Under the pieces are notes generated by a model that was not told the origin of the DNA, made no database searches, and saw only the letters and a list, made by a program, of their open reading frames with translations. The position numbers were made by a program, and so were the translations under genes. Below, one piece after another: positions 51,001 through 64,000 of a stretch of DNA of 64,000 nucleotides (position 1 is its first letter; each line of letters begins with the position of its first letter). The stretch is from Chiloscyllium plagiosum (lineage: Eukaryota): assembly GCF_004010195.1 (NCBI RefSeq), contig NC_057719.1, positions 63,698,602 to 63,762,601 of the forward strand, given 5' to 3'.

Positions 51001-52426
51001 CTTTTACAGGGTGCAAGAGTGATTATCCTGAGCAAAGGTCGCCACTAGATACTGGCTGAACTCCACCAGGATTATCCAAGTGTCTCCAAAATGAAGATAC
51101 AGCAAGAAGTAATGTCTGGTGGCCAGATTGAAGGGAGACATAGCCACCTTGATCAGGCAGTACGTCAAGTGGCAACAAGAAGAAAGATTACTGCAAGCGG
51201 CTACCCCACATCCACGGAAATGGCCAAGGAAACCTTGGACTCAGTTACACGTTGACTATGCAGGTCCTTTAAAAGGCCCTTAGTCATTGTGGGTGCCCAT
51301 TAAAAGTGGTTAGGCATGCACAGTGTTCATTTGTCAAATACGGGGAGGCGGCGACAATAGAAAAAACTGCGTGCATCTTTTTCGAAACACGCACGCCCAG
51401 AAGTGTTGGTCACAAATAAACAGGCCATTGTTTTCCAGCAGGGACTTTGAGCATTTCCTAAAGTCAAATGGGACTTGAAGTATATGGACAGTTCCAGACC
51501 ATGCATTCCTCCAATGACCTAGCAGAAAGAGCAGTCCAAACTTTGAAGGCAGATTTGAAGTAACAGCCTATAGCTTCACTAGATTCCAAGTTGTCGTGGT
51601 TCTTATTTGATTACATGACCACCCCTCATGCAACTACTGGGACAGCTTGGGCAGAGTTACTAATGGGTAAAAGACTCCAGACCAGGATAAATCTGATCTT
51701 CCCAGAGGTGGGACAGAGGATGAAATGGCATTGGGAATGCCAGTGCCAGGCCCAAGACTCCAGCAAGCAAGACAGGCAGTTTACTGCAGGGGATGAAGTT
51801 TGGCGTAAGAATTACAGCAATGGCTCCGCATGGTCGACGCAAGGTCAGGACCAGTGATTTATACTGTTCGGGTAGATGTGATGCTCCTGAACAAGCATGT
51901 GGACCATATGAAAACAGCAAACTCTCAAACGGTGTGGGAACAAAATGTGCCGTGATCCTCAGAACAGTCAGCAAAGCTGTCGGAAGCAATAGTTCACCCT
52001 CTCCATCAAGTGTTGACAAGATTTCTGAATCTGAGATGGACATGAAGGATGTAGCCACATCGACACCTTTGCTGGCAGAAGGGATTTTCTACTGAGGTGT
52101 TTGTGGCGCAAGAGGCAAGCTCCCATATTGGATGCCAAGTCAGAGGAACATGACACAGTGCTAAAGCGCCCCAGTAGGCTCTCCAAGAAAAAGGACTGGC
52201 CTATTTCTTCAGATTCAGAGAAGCAGGGATGTAGTGATTGTAATGATGTTAACTAGATTGGGGCTGTTAATCTGGTCCAATCAGGGAGCCCTGGCTGAAA
52301 GATAAAAAGCGTGTCAGAGATTCTGACACTCTGGGTAATGATTCTGAGGTTGCGCCAGAATCAAGGACTTTCTGTGCATAAATAAAGCGTTGTTGACAGG
52401 ATACTGGCCTCTGTGCTGTTATTTCG
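48033..52426 (+). mobile_element. Decayed Gypsy/Ty3 LTR retrotransposon with both LTRs
   Basis: 5' LTR 48033-48255 (tgtggtgattgtaa...gttatttca); 3' LTR 52230-52426 (tgtagtgattgtaa...gttatttcg); purine tract before the 3' LTR; flanks ACAGT/ACTGT. Pol remnants in Gypsy order: RT (PIVKP..VRLCGD, KLDLSHAYLQL), RNase H (AEHNYAQIEKE), integrase (HVDYAGP, LAERAVQT, TPHATTG). Confidence 0.9.
49942..50271 (-). mobile_element. HE1-type SINE nested in Gypsy pol, with 11-bp TSD
   Basis: CCTAAAAAAGA at 49931-49941 and 50272-50282. Confidence 0.92.
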
Positions 52427-52446
52427 ACTGTATGTAAATATTCCAA

Positions 52447-55426
52447 GACTCATAGAGTCATAGAGATGTACAGCATGAAAACAGACCCTTTGGTCCAACC
52501 CGTCCATGCTAACCAGATATCCCAACCCAATCTAGTCTCACCTGCCAACACCCGGCCCATGTCCATCCAAACCCTTCCTATTCATATGCCCATCCAAATG
52601 CCTTTTAAACGTTGCAATTGTAACAGCCTCCACCACTTCCTCTGGCAGCTCATTCCATACCCGTACCACCCTCTGTGTGAAAAAGTTGCCCCTTAGGTCT
52701 CTTTTATATCTTTCCCCTCTCACCCTAAACCTGTGCCCTCTAGTTTTGGACACCCCCACCCCAGGGAAAAGACTTTGCCTATCTACCCTATCCATGCTCC
52801 TCATAATTTTGTAAACCTCTATAAGGTCACCCTTCAACCTCCAACGCTGCAGGGAAAACAGCCCCAGCCTGTTCAGCCTCTCCCTATAGCTCAAATCCTC
52901 AAACCCTGGCAACATCCTTGTAAATCATTTCTGAACCCTTTCAGGTTTCACAACATCTTTCCGANNNNNNNNNNNNNNNNNNNNNNNNNNNNNNNNNNNN
53001 NNNNNNNNNNNNNNNNNNTCCTGTTGTAATCTGAGGTAATCCTCTTCGCTGTTCACTACACCTCCAATTTTGGTGGCATCTGCAAACTTACTAACTGTAC
53101 CTCTTATGCTCGCATCCAAATAATTTATGTAAATGACAAAAAGCAGAGGACCCAGCACCAAACCTTGTGGCACTCCACTGGTCACAGGCCTCCAGTCTGA
53201 AAAACAACCCTCCACCACCACCCTCTGTCTTCTACCTTCTAAATGTATCCAAATGGCTAGTTCTCCCTGTATTCCATGATATCTAACCTGGCTAATCAGT
53301 CTCCCATGGGGAACCTTATCGAACGCCTTACTGAAGTCTAGAAAAATAACATCTACTGCTCTGCCCTCATAAATCTTCTTTGTTACTTCTTCAAAAAACT
53401 CAATCACGTTTGTGAGACATGATTTCCCACGCACAAAGCCATGTTGACTATCCCTAATCAGTCCTTCCTTTCCAAATACATGTACATCCTGTCCCTCAGG
53501 ATTCCCTCCAACAGCTTGCCAACCAATGACGTTATGCTCACCGGTCTATAGTTCCCTGGCTTGTCCTTATCACCCTTCTTAAATAATGGCCCACATTTGC
53601 CAACCTCCAGTCTTCCGGCAACTCACCTGTGACTATCGATGGTATAAATATCTCAACAAGAGGCCCAGCAATCGCTTCTCTCACTTCCCACAGAGTTCTA
53701 GGATATACCTGATCAGGTCCTGGGAATTTATCCACCTTTACCCGTTTCAAGACATCCAGCACTTCCTCCTCTGTCATATGGAGATTTTGCAAGATGTCAC
53801 CGTCTATTTACTGACAGTCTATATCTTTCATATCCTTTTCTACAGTAAATACTGATTCAAAATGCTCATTTAGTATCTCCCCCATTTTCTGTGGCTCCAC
53901 ACAAAGGCCACCTTGCTGATGTTTGAGGGGCCCTATTCTCTCCCTAGTTACCCTTTTGTCTGTAAGGTATTTGCAAAAACTCCGTAATTCTATTTGCCAA
54001 AGCTATCTCCTGTCCTCTTTTTGCCCTCCTGATTTCCCTCTTAAGTATACTCCTACTTTCTTTATACTCTCCTAAGGATTCACTCGATCTATCCTGTCTG
54101 TACCTTTTGTATGCTTCCTTCTTTTTCTTAACCAATTCCTCAATTTCTTTAGTCATCCAGCATTCCCTCTACCTACCAGCCTTTCCTTTCACCCTGACAG
54201 AAATATACCTTTTCTGGATTCTCGTTATTTCTGAAGGCTTCCCATTTACCAGCCGTCCCTTTACCTGTGAACATCTGTCCCAATCAGCTTTCGAAAGTTC
54301 TTGCTTAATACCATAAAAATTGGCCTTTCTCCAATTTAGAACTTCAACTTTTAGATCTGGTCTATCCTTCTCCATCACTATTTTAAATCTAATAGAATTA
54401 TGGTTGCTAGCCCCAAAGTGCTCCCCCACTGACACCTCAGTCACCTGCCCTGCCCTATTTCCCAAGACTAGGTCAAGTTTTGCACCTTCTCTAGTAGGTG
54501 CGTCCACATACTGAATCAGAAAATATCCTTGTACACACTTAACAAATTCCTCTCCATCTAAACCCTTAACATTATGGAAGTCCCAGTCGATGTTTGGAAA
54601 GTTAAAATCCCCTACGATAACCACCCTATCATTCTTATAGATAGCTGTGATCTCCTTACAAGTTTGTTTCTCAATTTCCCTCTGACTATTAGGGGGTCTA
54701 TAATACAATCTCAATAAGGTAATCCTCCCTTTCTTATTTCTCAGTTCCACCCAAATAACTTCCTTGGATGTATTTCCGGGAATATCTTCCCTCAGCACAG
54801 CTGTAATGCTATCCCTTATCAAAAATGCCACACACACCCTCCTCTCTTGCCTCCCTTTCTATCCTTCCTGTAGCATTTTTATCCTGGAATATTAAGCTGC
54901 CAGTCCTGCCCATCCTTGAGCCATGTTTCTGTAATTGCTATGGTATCCCAGTGCCATGTTCCTAACCATGCCCTGAATTCATCTGCCTTCCCTGTTAGGC
55001 CCCTTGCATTGAAATAAATGCAGTTTAATTTATTATCCTACCTTGTCCCTGCCTGCCCTGACTGTTTGACTCGCTTCTGTTCTCAACTGTACCAGTCTCA
55101 GATTGATCTCTTTCCTCACTCAAATTTCCCTGCCAGTATATTAGTCCCCTTCCAATTTAGTTGCAATCCGTCCTTCTTGTATAGGTCACTTCTACCCCAA
55201 AAGCAATTCCAATGATCCAAAAATGTGAATCCTTCTCCCATACGCCAGCTCCTCAGCCATGCATTCATCTGCTCTATCCTCCTATTCCTGTCCTCACTAG
55301 CTCGTAGCACTCGGAGTAATCCAGATATTACTACTCTCGAGGACCACCTTTTTAAATTTCTGCCTAACTATCCGTAATCTCCCTTCAGAATCTCAACCTT
55401 TTCCCTTCCTATGTCGTTCATCCAAT
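52447..55426 (-). mobile_element. Long CR1 LINE: end of ORF1 (esterase-like), APE endonuclease, RT and 3' tail
   Basis: ORF1 NAWLRSW..FTFLDHW..DGLQLNWKG; EN YYRPPNS, VGDFNFPNIDW, LDLVL, SNHN; RT LDFSKAFDKVPH, GVPQGLVLGPLLF, SKFADATK. Confidence 0.95.
52965..53018. other. Assembly gap (N run)
   Basis: 54 N within a CR1. Confidence 1.
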
Positions 55427-55574
55427 GAGAATTAGTCTACATTTTCTTTCATTTTTAAATGTGCTGCTGTTGAAGGATATTATTTGGCTCTTCTATGCTT
55501 TCTTTCTATAGAACATGTTTATGCAACAGTAATCATGGTTGCCAACAGTCATACAGCATTCCTTCAAGAGCACA

Positions 55575-55990
55575 AATAGATTAGAAAGGTTGGGACTATT
55601 CTCCTTGGAGAGAAGGCAAAGAGGAGATCTGATAAACAATTTCAAAATCATAAAATGGCTGGATGGAGTAGGTAGGGAGAAACTTTTCTGCTGATAGAAG
55701 TATCAGAATGATCGGGCACAGATTGAAAGTGATTTGCAAAAGAAGCAAAGGCAAAGTGAGAAAAACCTTTTCATGCGATGAGTGGTTCGTGACTGTAATG
55801 CACAACCAAGAATTTTGGTGCAGGCAGGTTCAATTGAAGCATTCAAGATTGAATTGGATGATTATTTAAATAAAAATAATACATAAAGGTTCAGGGAAAA
55901 AGCAGATGATTGACATTAAGTAATGATGCTCATTTGCATAAGAGGGGCAGAATAGCCTCTTTCTGCACCAGAACACATTTCTGTGATGCT
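55575..55990 (+). mobile_element. Degenerate CR1 3' end
   Basis: ttagaaaggttgggactattctccttggag...gggcacagattgaaagtgatt...gtggtgcaggcaggttcaattgaagcattcaag. Confidence 0.7.
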
Positions 55991-56604
55991 GTGAAATAAA
56001 GCAATGTGCTTAGGAATAGAATCCTGTCTTCATTTGCATTTTGATTGTGGCACCAATAGAAATTTTCCTGAAGTGATCAACTTATTTTTAACTCGTAAGT
56101 GATCTCCAGAGGATTTACAAGAAGAAACTGTCCCATTAGTGGAAGGACCTAGAGCCATAGGACACTGAAAAAGATGACTGTCGACAGCTCTGGAGAGAGG
56201 CTTTTTTTTCCATTTTCAACTTGTTCATTGTAGCCGTTTAAATAACGACAGGGATCAGGGATCAGCATTTCTTTTCTCAGACCTGGAGATTTGAAAGCTG
56301 ACTGACAGAGGATTTGAAGAGAAGTCTTTTCTCAGTCGATGTGAGTTTCAGCGAAATGCTTGATACTTTAAGTGTTTAATTTTTTTTCCTCTTTTGCATG
56401 CTTAAGATTTAAATCTTTGAGCAAGGAATGGTAGTTGTTTTTTTCATATGCAAGGTTCTTTTAGCGGCTTCTTTTTAGGTTTAATGTTACCGAGGGCATA
56501 CATGAGACACAGCTTGTGATGATTAGTAGGTTTAGAAAGGTGTTCACACAGCAGGACCAGTCAGATAGATGAGTTACTGTCAAGAATGGTAAGAAGGTTG
56601 TTCA

Positions 56605-56953
56605 GGGCCGCATGGTGGCCCAGTGGTTAGCACTGCTGCCTCACAGTGCCGGGGATGCGAATTCAGTGCCAGCCTTGGGCAACTGTCTGTGTGGAGTTCG
56701 CATGTTCTCCCCATGCCTACATAGGTTTCCTCCAGGTACTCCGGTTTCCTCCCACAGTCCAAAGATGTGCAGGTTAGGTGGATTGGCCTTACTAAATTGC
56801 TCATAGTGTCCAGGGTTGTGTAGGCTAGGTGGATTAGCCATGGGAAATGCAGGTTTACAGGGATAGAGTGGGTCTGGGTGGGTGGTTCTTTGGAGAGTTG
56901 GTATGGATTCGATGGGCAAATGGCCTGCTTCCAAACTGTAGGGATTCTATGAT
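56605..56953 (+). mobile_element. HE1-related SINE (longer subfamily)
   Basis: ggtggcccagtggttagcactgctgcctcacag head, conserved core and gggattctatgatt tail. Confidence 0.87.
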
Positions 56954-57094
56954 TTTTATTCTAAGTTTCCAATGGCTATTCCCCTCTCAAACAGATATTC
57001 CATTTTGTGGACTGTTGAAGGGGATAGTCTCTCAGAGAAAAACAGAAGTGTAGTCAGACCTTGAGCACTAAGAATTAATCTTATGTTAAGTGGG

Positions 57095-57905
57095 GTTTGT
57101 CAAGACTTAAAAGAATAATTGTTCTGGGGATTCTCCTGTCAGGGGCATAGACAGGAGATTCTGCAGTCGTAACCATGAATACAGGATAGCATGTTGCCTT
57201 TCTGCTGCCAAGGTCAAGGACATCTCAAAATAGTTGAAGCATATTGTCAAAGGAGAGAGGAAAATCTGGAAATTGTTGTTCACGTTGATAAGAGCAACGT
57301 AATTAGAGAAAAGGTTAAGGCTTTGCAGAGTGAATCGGGGAGGTTAGGTAGAGGGTTAAAAAGTACAACTTTAAAGACAGTAATCTCTGGTTTACTCCTG
57401 GTGCCATGTTCCAGTGAGAGTAGGAATAAAAAGTTAGTGCAGATAAATCAATGAGTGAAGAGATGGTGCAATGTGCAAGGATTTAGATTTTTGGATCATT
57501 GGGATTGGGCTGTCTTCTGGGGCAGAAAAGACCTGTTCAAAAGAGATGGCTTTCACCTGAACTGGAAAAGGACCAGTATGGTGGTGGGGAGATTTGCTTG
57601 TTCTATTTCAGGAAACTTTATAACAGTCCAAATAGAAAGGCAGATGAGGATGGTTTTGAATCAAAAAAGAGCAAGTTAATTAGAAAAGTCAGACAAGAGC
57701 AAGTCAGAGAATGTGGTATCTCCACAGAGTTAAATTGCACTTATTTCAATGTAAGGAGTCTTACAAGTAAGGCTGATGAACTCAGGGCATGTATTGAAAT
57801 ATAGAACTGGACCACCATACCTATTACAGAAACTTGACTGAGGGAAGGACAGGACTGGCAGTTCAACGTTTCAGACTTTAGATGCTATAGAAAGCAAGGC
57901 GAGAA
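57095..57905 (+). mobile_element. Old CR1 fragment: ORF1 SGNH-esterase-like region and start of ORF2
   Basis: gttctgggggattctc (VLGDS-like), GFRFLDHW, DGFHLNWK and CTYFNVRSLTSKADELRA. Confidence 0.8.
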
Positions 57906-57911
57906 AGTGAC

Positions 57912-58250
57912 ATTCTTCTCTTCGATCTCCTGCTCTCTTCCTACTTAACCCCCAAATTTCCCTATCTCTCTGCCACATCTCTAATTTTTTCTGTCTTTTT
58001 CTCTCTCTCTTTCCATCTGCCCTCATCCCTTTCTCTGTCTTACATTCTGCTTCTTCCCTACTTTTCTCCCCTCTCTCTCTCTGTTGTTTCTTCACTCTTG
58101 CAATTCACCATCCATCTTTTCCCCATTCCTCATTTCCTGTCTCTTTCTTCCTTTTCATATTTCTCTTTCCTCTTCCACACACTCTATTTTCTCCCCATCA
58201 CTCTTTCTGACTTTTCTTCCCCTCTCTTTCTTGCTCTTTACCCATCTCCT
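57912..58250 (+). repeat. Polypyrimidine (CT-rich) low-complexity tract
   Basis: About 340 nt of mostly C/T. Confidence 0.85.
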
Positions 58251-58429
58251 GGCCTTCTAATATAATCAGCTGAGAGAGAACAGAAACTGAAGGAAAGCAG
58301 TTTTGTGGAATCCAGAAAGGATTGTTTGTCAGTGTGGATATTTTAGTCATTGGTGCTCAAATACATTTCAGATGTAACATTTAAAAAGGAGGTCCATTTT
58401 TGAAATAATCCACAGGAATGTGCATATCA

Positions 58430-60610
58430 CTAGCTAGTCTGGCAGTTTTTGCTCATTGAAGCAATCCATATGGGGTATCTGCACCACAGTACATCAGGTA
58501 GGGTGTTCCAAGATTTTGACCCAGCAGCAACAAAGGAATGGCAATTTGGTCTCCATTCAAGACGGTATGTGACTTGGAGGGGAACTTGCAGGTGATAGTG
58601 TATCCATGTATCTGCTGTCATTGTCCCTCTAGATAATGGAGGTCACAGATTTATAAGGTGCTGGCTAATGAGTCTTGTTGAGTGGTTGCATTGCATTCTG
58701 TAGCAGTTGCTCACTGCAATGGTTGAGGGAATGAATGTTAAACGTGTTAGTTGGGATATCAAAATAGGTTTACTATGTCCTGGATGGTGTTGAGCTTCTT
58801 GGGCATTGTTGCAGCTGCATTCATCTGGGTAACTGGAGAGTATTACATCACATTTCTGACTTCAACCATGTACATGGTGGACATCCTTTGAGGAGTCAGG
58901 AGGTGAGTTGCCCACTCCAGAATTCTTAGGTTGTGACTTGCTCTTCTAGCCATGGTTTTTATATGGCTAGTCCAGTTCAATTTCTGGTTAATGGGAAGAC
59001 CAGGATTTTGATAGTCAAGGATTTAGTGATAATGTGATTGAATGTCAAGATTCATTCTCTCTTTTTGGAGATGGTCATTGCCTTGTGAGGCACAAATGTT
59101 ACGTTGCATTTATCAGCCCAAACATGACTGCTGCTCAAGTCTATTACCTTCAGACACAGACTGCTTCAATACCTGAAGATTCACAAATGGTGCTGAACAC
59201 TGTGCAGGCATCAGCAAACATCCCAATTTTTGACCTTATGATGGAAGGAAAGTCATTGAAGAAGCAGCTGAAGATGGTTAGGCCTAGACCACTATCCTGA
59301 GGAGCTTCCACAAGTGTCCTGTGGCTGAGGTGATTAGCTGCCGTCAACCACAATTAACTTCCTTTGTGATAGATATGATTCAAACCAGTGGAGAGCTTTC
59401 CCGTGAATCCTATTGACTCCAGCTTTGATTGGTCTCCTTGATGCCGCAGTTGGTCAAATGTGGTCTTGGTGTCAAGGGTGGGCATGGTAAATTCCCCTTA
59501 CCATCAGCCGTTTTGTCTACGTTAGCTGATTGGGCATGGTGTAGCTCAAACTGAGAATCAGTGACAAGTTAGGTTCAATTCGATTCAATTCCCTACAGTA
59601 TCAAAACAGGCCCTTCAGCCCAACACCCTCCCTCCGAAGAGTAACCCACCCAGACCCATTTCCCTCTGACTAATGCACCTAACTCTATGGGCAATTTAGT
59701 ATGGCCAATTCACCTGCACGTCTTCAGACTGTGGGAGGAAACCGGAGCATCCGGAAGAAACCCACGCCGATGCAGGAAGAATGTGCAAACTCCACACAGA
59801 CAGTCACCCAAGCCTGGAATGGAGTCTTGGACCCTGGTGATGTGAGGCAGCAGTACTAACCACTGAGCCACTGTGCTGCCCTATTGAGTAGATGCAGCTT
59901 GATATCACCATCGCCAATATCTTAATCATTTTGCTGATGTTTGAGAGAAGGCTGAAGAGCCAGCAGTTGACCATATTAGATAAATACCAGTGTTGTTTCT
60001 AGATTGGAAAAACTTGGCTCTGGTTATGGCTAGTGCTGGAACACATGTATTCAGAATTATTGCCTGAGTGTCAGGAGGAACCCTAGCCTCTGCAATAGCC
60101 AGTGCTTTTAGCTGTTTCTTCAAATCACACGGATTGAAATAAGTTAACTGAAGACTGGCATTTGTAACACAGGAGACGTCAGGAGGTTGTGGAGATTTTA
60201 TCACCCTTTTGGCACTTCTGGCTGAAAGTAATTATAAATGCTTCAACCTTGTCTTTTGCAGTGATGTGCTGGGCTCCCCCAGCTCATTATGGAGAGGGAT
60301 ATTGGTGGAGCCTTCTCCCCTAGTGAGTTGTTTAATTACCCAATATAACTCACAAATTGGCTATGGCAGGTCTGCAGAGCCTAGATCTGATCTGTTAGTT
60401 GTGGGATTGCTTACCTCTGTCTGTCACTTGCTTGTCATGCAAGTTGTCCTGTGCTGTAGCCTCACCAGGTTGACACTTCACTTTTAGCTATGTCTGGTGC
60501 TGCTCCTGCACTTTTCATTGAACCATGGTTGATTCCTTGTCTTGATGACAATAGCAGACTCGGTGATATGCTGGGCCATGAGAATACAGTTCTGCTGCTG
60601 CTGAATGACC
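58430..60610 (-). mobile_element. Old non-LTR retrotransposon (RT), interrupted by an HE1 SINE
   Basis: EAPQDSGLGLTIFSCFFNDFPSIIRSKIGMFADACTVF; same family as 11330-12845. Confidence 0.78.
59569..59881 (-). mobile_element. HE1-type SINE
   Basis: Core and A/B boxes on the - strand. Confidence 0.87.
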
Positions 60611-60630
60611 ACAATATGTCATAGATGCTA

Positions 60631-61652
60631 TGATTATACTGTGCTTTTTAAGAGATGCTCTGATGAATTTCACTTAAAGAGGGGTATTGACACCATAGTA
60701 CTACATGTCTGCTTCAGAAGCAGTGGATAAACAGCTTTCAGTTGCATGAGTGTTTTCTTTCATTTGACAAAAGAAGCATGAGTGGGTGGACTCGGACTCT
60801 CACAGACCCATGGTTATAGTTTTGGTTTCAGTTGGGGTTTTGGAGTTAAAGCTGATAGATACAGCTCTCTCTCTCTCTCTCTGCTGTGGCAAAATGCTGG
60901 AGTTTTCTCTGTCTGCTAGATTGTTTCTTTCGATGTACCTTTCTCCTGGTCTGGAGATAGACCTGAGGAAAATCTGTTTCGCTGAACTTGCATTTGCCAA
61001 AGTTGTTGTGTTTATGGGATGCTACTATATTAGGACAGTTAATGATTAATATTTAAATAATATTTTATTAAGTATTCCAATAGAGTTAAAGTTATGCCGA
61101 TTCTTCTTTCTTGTTTATATTTTAACTGTGTTTTAAGAATAAAGTATGTTTTGTTTAAAGCCTAGTGGTGGCCTAATTGAATCACATCTGGAACGCAGCA
61201 CCTTACACATGCCTTTAAATAAGATAAATGTTATGGTATGGGCTATCTCCTTGATATACAGTAGCGCCTCAACATACGAACGACCCCGTTCAAGAACAAA
61301 TCAGTTTACGAATAGGATTGTACATAAAACTTTGCTTCAACTTACGTACGAAATTCAAGTTATGAACGAAGGTACAAACGCAAAACCCGTGTGCGACCAT
61401 GTGGTTTCATTGTTCTGCTTTGCTACGCGCTTGTTGAACGAAAAAGCTCTCGAGCTCCGCGTGATCTCATTCAGTTCGTCTTTGGTGCGTGCGCTGTGAA
61501 CAGCCGTCCAAGCATTCTTACGCTATCCGAACAATGGGAAAAATTGATTCAGTTCGCGAACTTTTCGGTTCACAAACCGGGTCCCGGAACGGATTAAGTT
61601 CATAAGTCGCGGCGCTACTGTATTTTGAAATAGTTTGATTTTGTCCATTACA
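60631..61652 (+). mobile_element. Solo LTR-like element (family of 26437-27065), interrupted by a MITE
   Basis: Shared segments gctggagtt(t)tctc, ttgccaaag and ctat(c/t)t..tt(g/a)atata..gtccat(t/a)a; ends in ...ttaca. The left boundary is approximate. Confidence 0.55.
61259..61620. mobile_element. Tc1/mariner (Tigger-like) MITE, 362 bp, CpG-rich
   Basis: 23-bp imperfect TIRs CAGTAGCGCCTCAACATACGAAC / gttcataagtcgcggcgctactg. TA TSD at 61257-61258 and 61621-61622. Confidence 0.9.
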
Positions 61653-64000
61653 ATGTGCAGTATTGAGTTGCTAGATCTCTTTAAAATTTATCCAATTTAG
61701 CAATGTCTTAGCGTCATACAACATGATGTGAAGGCAGAACTTTGTTTCACTGTATGTTCACTCGTATCAGTATTATCTTGAACAGATGCATCTGCTACAT
61801 GTAAGTTGGTAAAAATGGAATTGTGCTATATTGCTATATTTACACAAGTCTTTTCCAGTTAAAAATTCTGTTAAATAATTTTGTACTTCCTAGTTCTGTT
61901 GGCTGAAGGAATCAAAATAGAAACACATTTATCAAGTCTCCAGATTTAGATTACAAATTTCAATCACTCCAGAACAATGAGAAAAGCCACGCCCCTGTAT
62001 TAAGCCATGCAAACATTTATGCTTTGGCCCGTAAATGCTAAATTAATCATTTGGAAGAATCGTTAATTGTGATTTTGCCAAGACTGACTAAGTGACTTAC
62101 TGTCATGAAATACTTTCAGTATTGTACAGGCATCTGTTAATTGGGTGAAAATCACTAAATTGTATCAAAATAACATTGAATTTTCATCTTATTTACTATT
62201 CTTTTCATCAATGTCACGGTGTTCCTCGGCAAATTAAACAGACATGCCAAGAGTTTATCTGAGCGTCCGTGAATTAAACCCCAATGATTGTATGGAAATA
62301 ATCTATTTGAAATGCATTGTAATGATTACAAAGACATGTATGAGGCATTACAAAAGGGTCATTCATTTAAAAAAAAGTATAAACAATAAATTAATAAATA
62401 TAGAAATGCTAGCAATATTTGGCCAGTCTAGCAACATCTATAGAGAGATGTTGCCACAAGGCGTTCCCTGCTTCCAGCATTTTCTGAGTTTATTTCACAT
62501 TTTCTGCTCCTGCAGTATTTTATTTCTACAAATATTACTTGATTGCTGATGAAATTTGCAAAGCCATCTTGTTATACTGTACCATTGCTTGTGTGCTGTA
62601 ATCAGATTTAACTAGGTTTAAATCTTTTCTAGTTAAATACAGATTAGTCATGTCAATTCATTTTTAAACCATATTGACAGTTTTCTGTATGCATGCTTTC
62701 ATAATCAGTCAACTGAGTTACTTTTTAAGACCTTGTATTTTTAAATTGAAACAAATTATTTTGCAATTGAGCTTTCCAAACATTAATTTAACTGTAATTG
62801 TTTGTCGTGGTACGTTTGCTATTTTTATAACTATTATTATGGAGCGTAAAACATTTCTGCATGAAAAACAGTGCTTATTATTGTAGAAGTCCACGGTACA
62901 TTTGTCTCCAGTTGTCTTATATCCATATCCAATTTTTTTGTTGATTCAAGATTTTGGCTTTAGAAGCCCAAAAACTTGCAAGAATGGGAAGTGGGGGTAT
63001 CGTTTTGAGTTGGCTTAAGTATTAGCATTAGTGACCACAAAATTTGGATAATACAGAGGGCTTATCCTGAATTTAATATTTATTTTGTATATTACTGAAG
63101 TAAGAGACTTTTTTTGAAACTTTTATATCTTGTCAGGACAATTCACAAGAATTAAAAAGTGAAGGGAATACCAACATTTATATTGTATGAGAGGAGAGTG
63201 CTGATTGTTTAGCAAGTAGACTTTGATTGGTAGAGGTGTTGCTGTAGAGAATGCATCAATTATTGATGACTAACAGTTAACTGCCAGGTTTTGTTTAAGT
63301 TTTAAACTAGGCAGGATGATTCTGATTGGCCAGCAGTCAACTAGCAATCAAACATCCGCCAGTCGCCCGCCACATACCCCAACTCACTGATCCTTTTAAA
63401 TATCTCTGGCTCTTGTGCCAAATACTGGAAACAATGCATGTTATCAATGTATGTGAATGTGAAGCAAATGTACAGTAGAATTCTGGAATTACAAGCATCT
63501 TTTAACAAAAATGTTTTATGCTCCATAACAGTAATGCTATAAAATAACACATGTATCACAAATGTATCAAAAAAAACTTAGTTAAGCCAATATTTGATTT
63601 CTTTCAGCAACATTCAAGTTCTATATTGCAAAATGATTCTTTGAATATCTGTTTTGTTCATACATAAATGTTTAGTCAATTTGAATGAATTCTTCTATTT
63701 TCAATGTATTTCATAACTTCAATGGTCTTTTAATGTTAAGCCTTCTATATCAATTATTAATCAGACCATCTTTGTAAACCATAATAATATTGTGGTTTGG
63801 ATTTTAACTTTGCTGTGTTAGTACTAGGGAGCCTTTGGGGATCCTAGATATCTCAGTGGCGTGTTTGTGGGTGGCCTTTTAACCCTACTACTGCATTAAC
63901 ATCTGACAATTTGGTTTACTGTTCAACTGACGTGATTAGGTCTGGTAACAGCTTGCATGAATGCATTTCAACTGAAGGAGCCATGCTAGAATGAAAGTTG

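Noticed and set aside
54169..55310. Endonuclease and esterase-like ORFs as possible host or domesticated genes
   Set aside because: Standard CR1 ORF2 and ORF1 parts within a frameshifted LINE copy.
47688..64000. Next gephyrin exon (SHSAVDITKVARRHR...) and, upstream, the exon ending ...SCPTPK
   Set aside because: Not found by eye; presumably outside the window.

Overview
AT-rich vertebrate genomic DNA. The repeat complement (HE1-type SINEs with (TAATC)n tails, CR1/L2 LINEs, Penelope-like remnants) indicates a shark or other elasmobranch. The window lies inside the + strand gephyrin gene (GPHN), in the introns of the central linker (C-domain). Five short GT-AG exons are visible. Four are phase-0 cassettes matching mammalian C4a-d: 15941-15997 QLRRADDAKGVASRGGSLK, 20953-21018 LHRKLEELRDQLEGNVKGGSLK, 21886-21927 AELSSCTPSYCATE and 46906-46968 LHHRLEGLKDELRRHRGYNSR. 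The fifth is the constitutive exon VQSRCSSKENILRA(S) at 47645-47687. The rest is intron carrying CR1, L2 and other LINE fragments, 10 HE1 SINEs, a decayed two-LTR Gypsy element, two solo LTR-like elements, three TA-flanked Tc1/mariner-type MITEs and at least three Penelope-like families with minimal hammerhead ribozyme motifs. Main leads: (1) a Penelope-like insertion with a 14-bp TSD whose inverted ends enclose an exact 250-bp inverted copy of nearby intron, next to cassette C4c; (2) sequence evidence that C4a, C4b and C4d arose by exon duplication; (3) candidate additional or poison cassettes in TE-free zones; (4) hammerhead motifs. Gene and cassette identities rest on my recall of mammalian gephyrin sequences; no database search was run.
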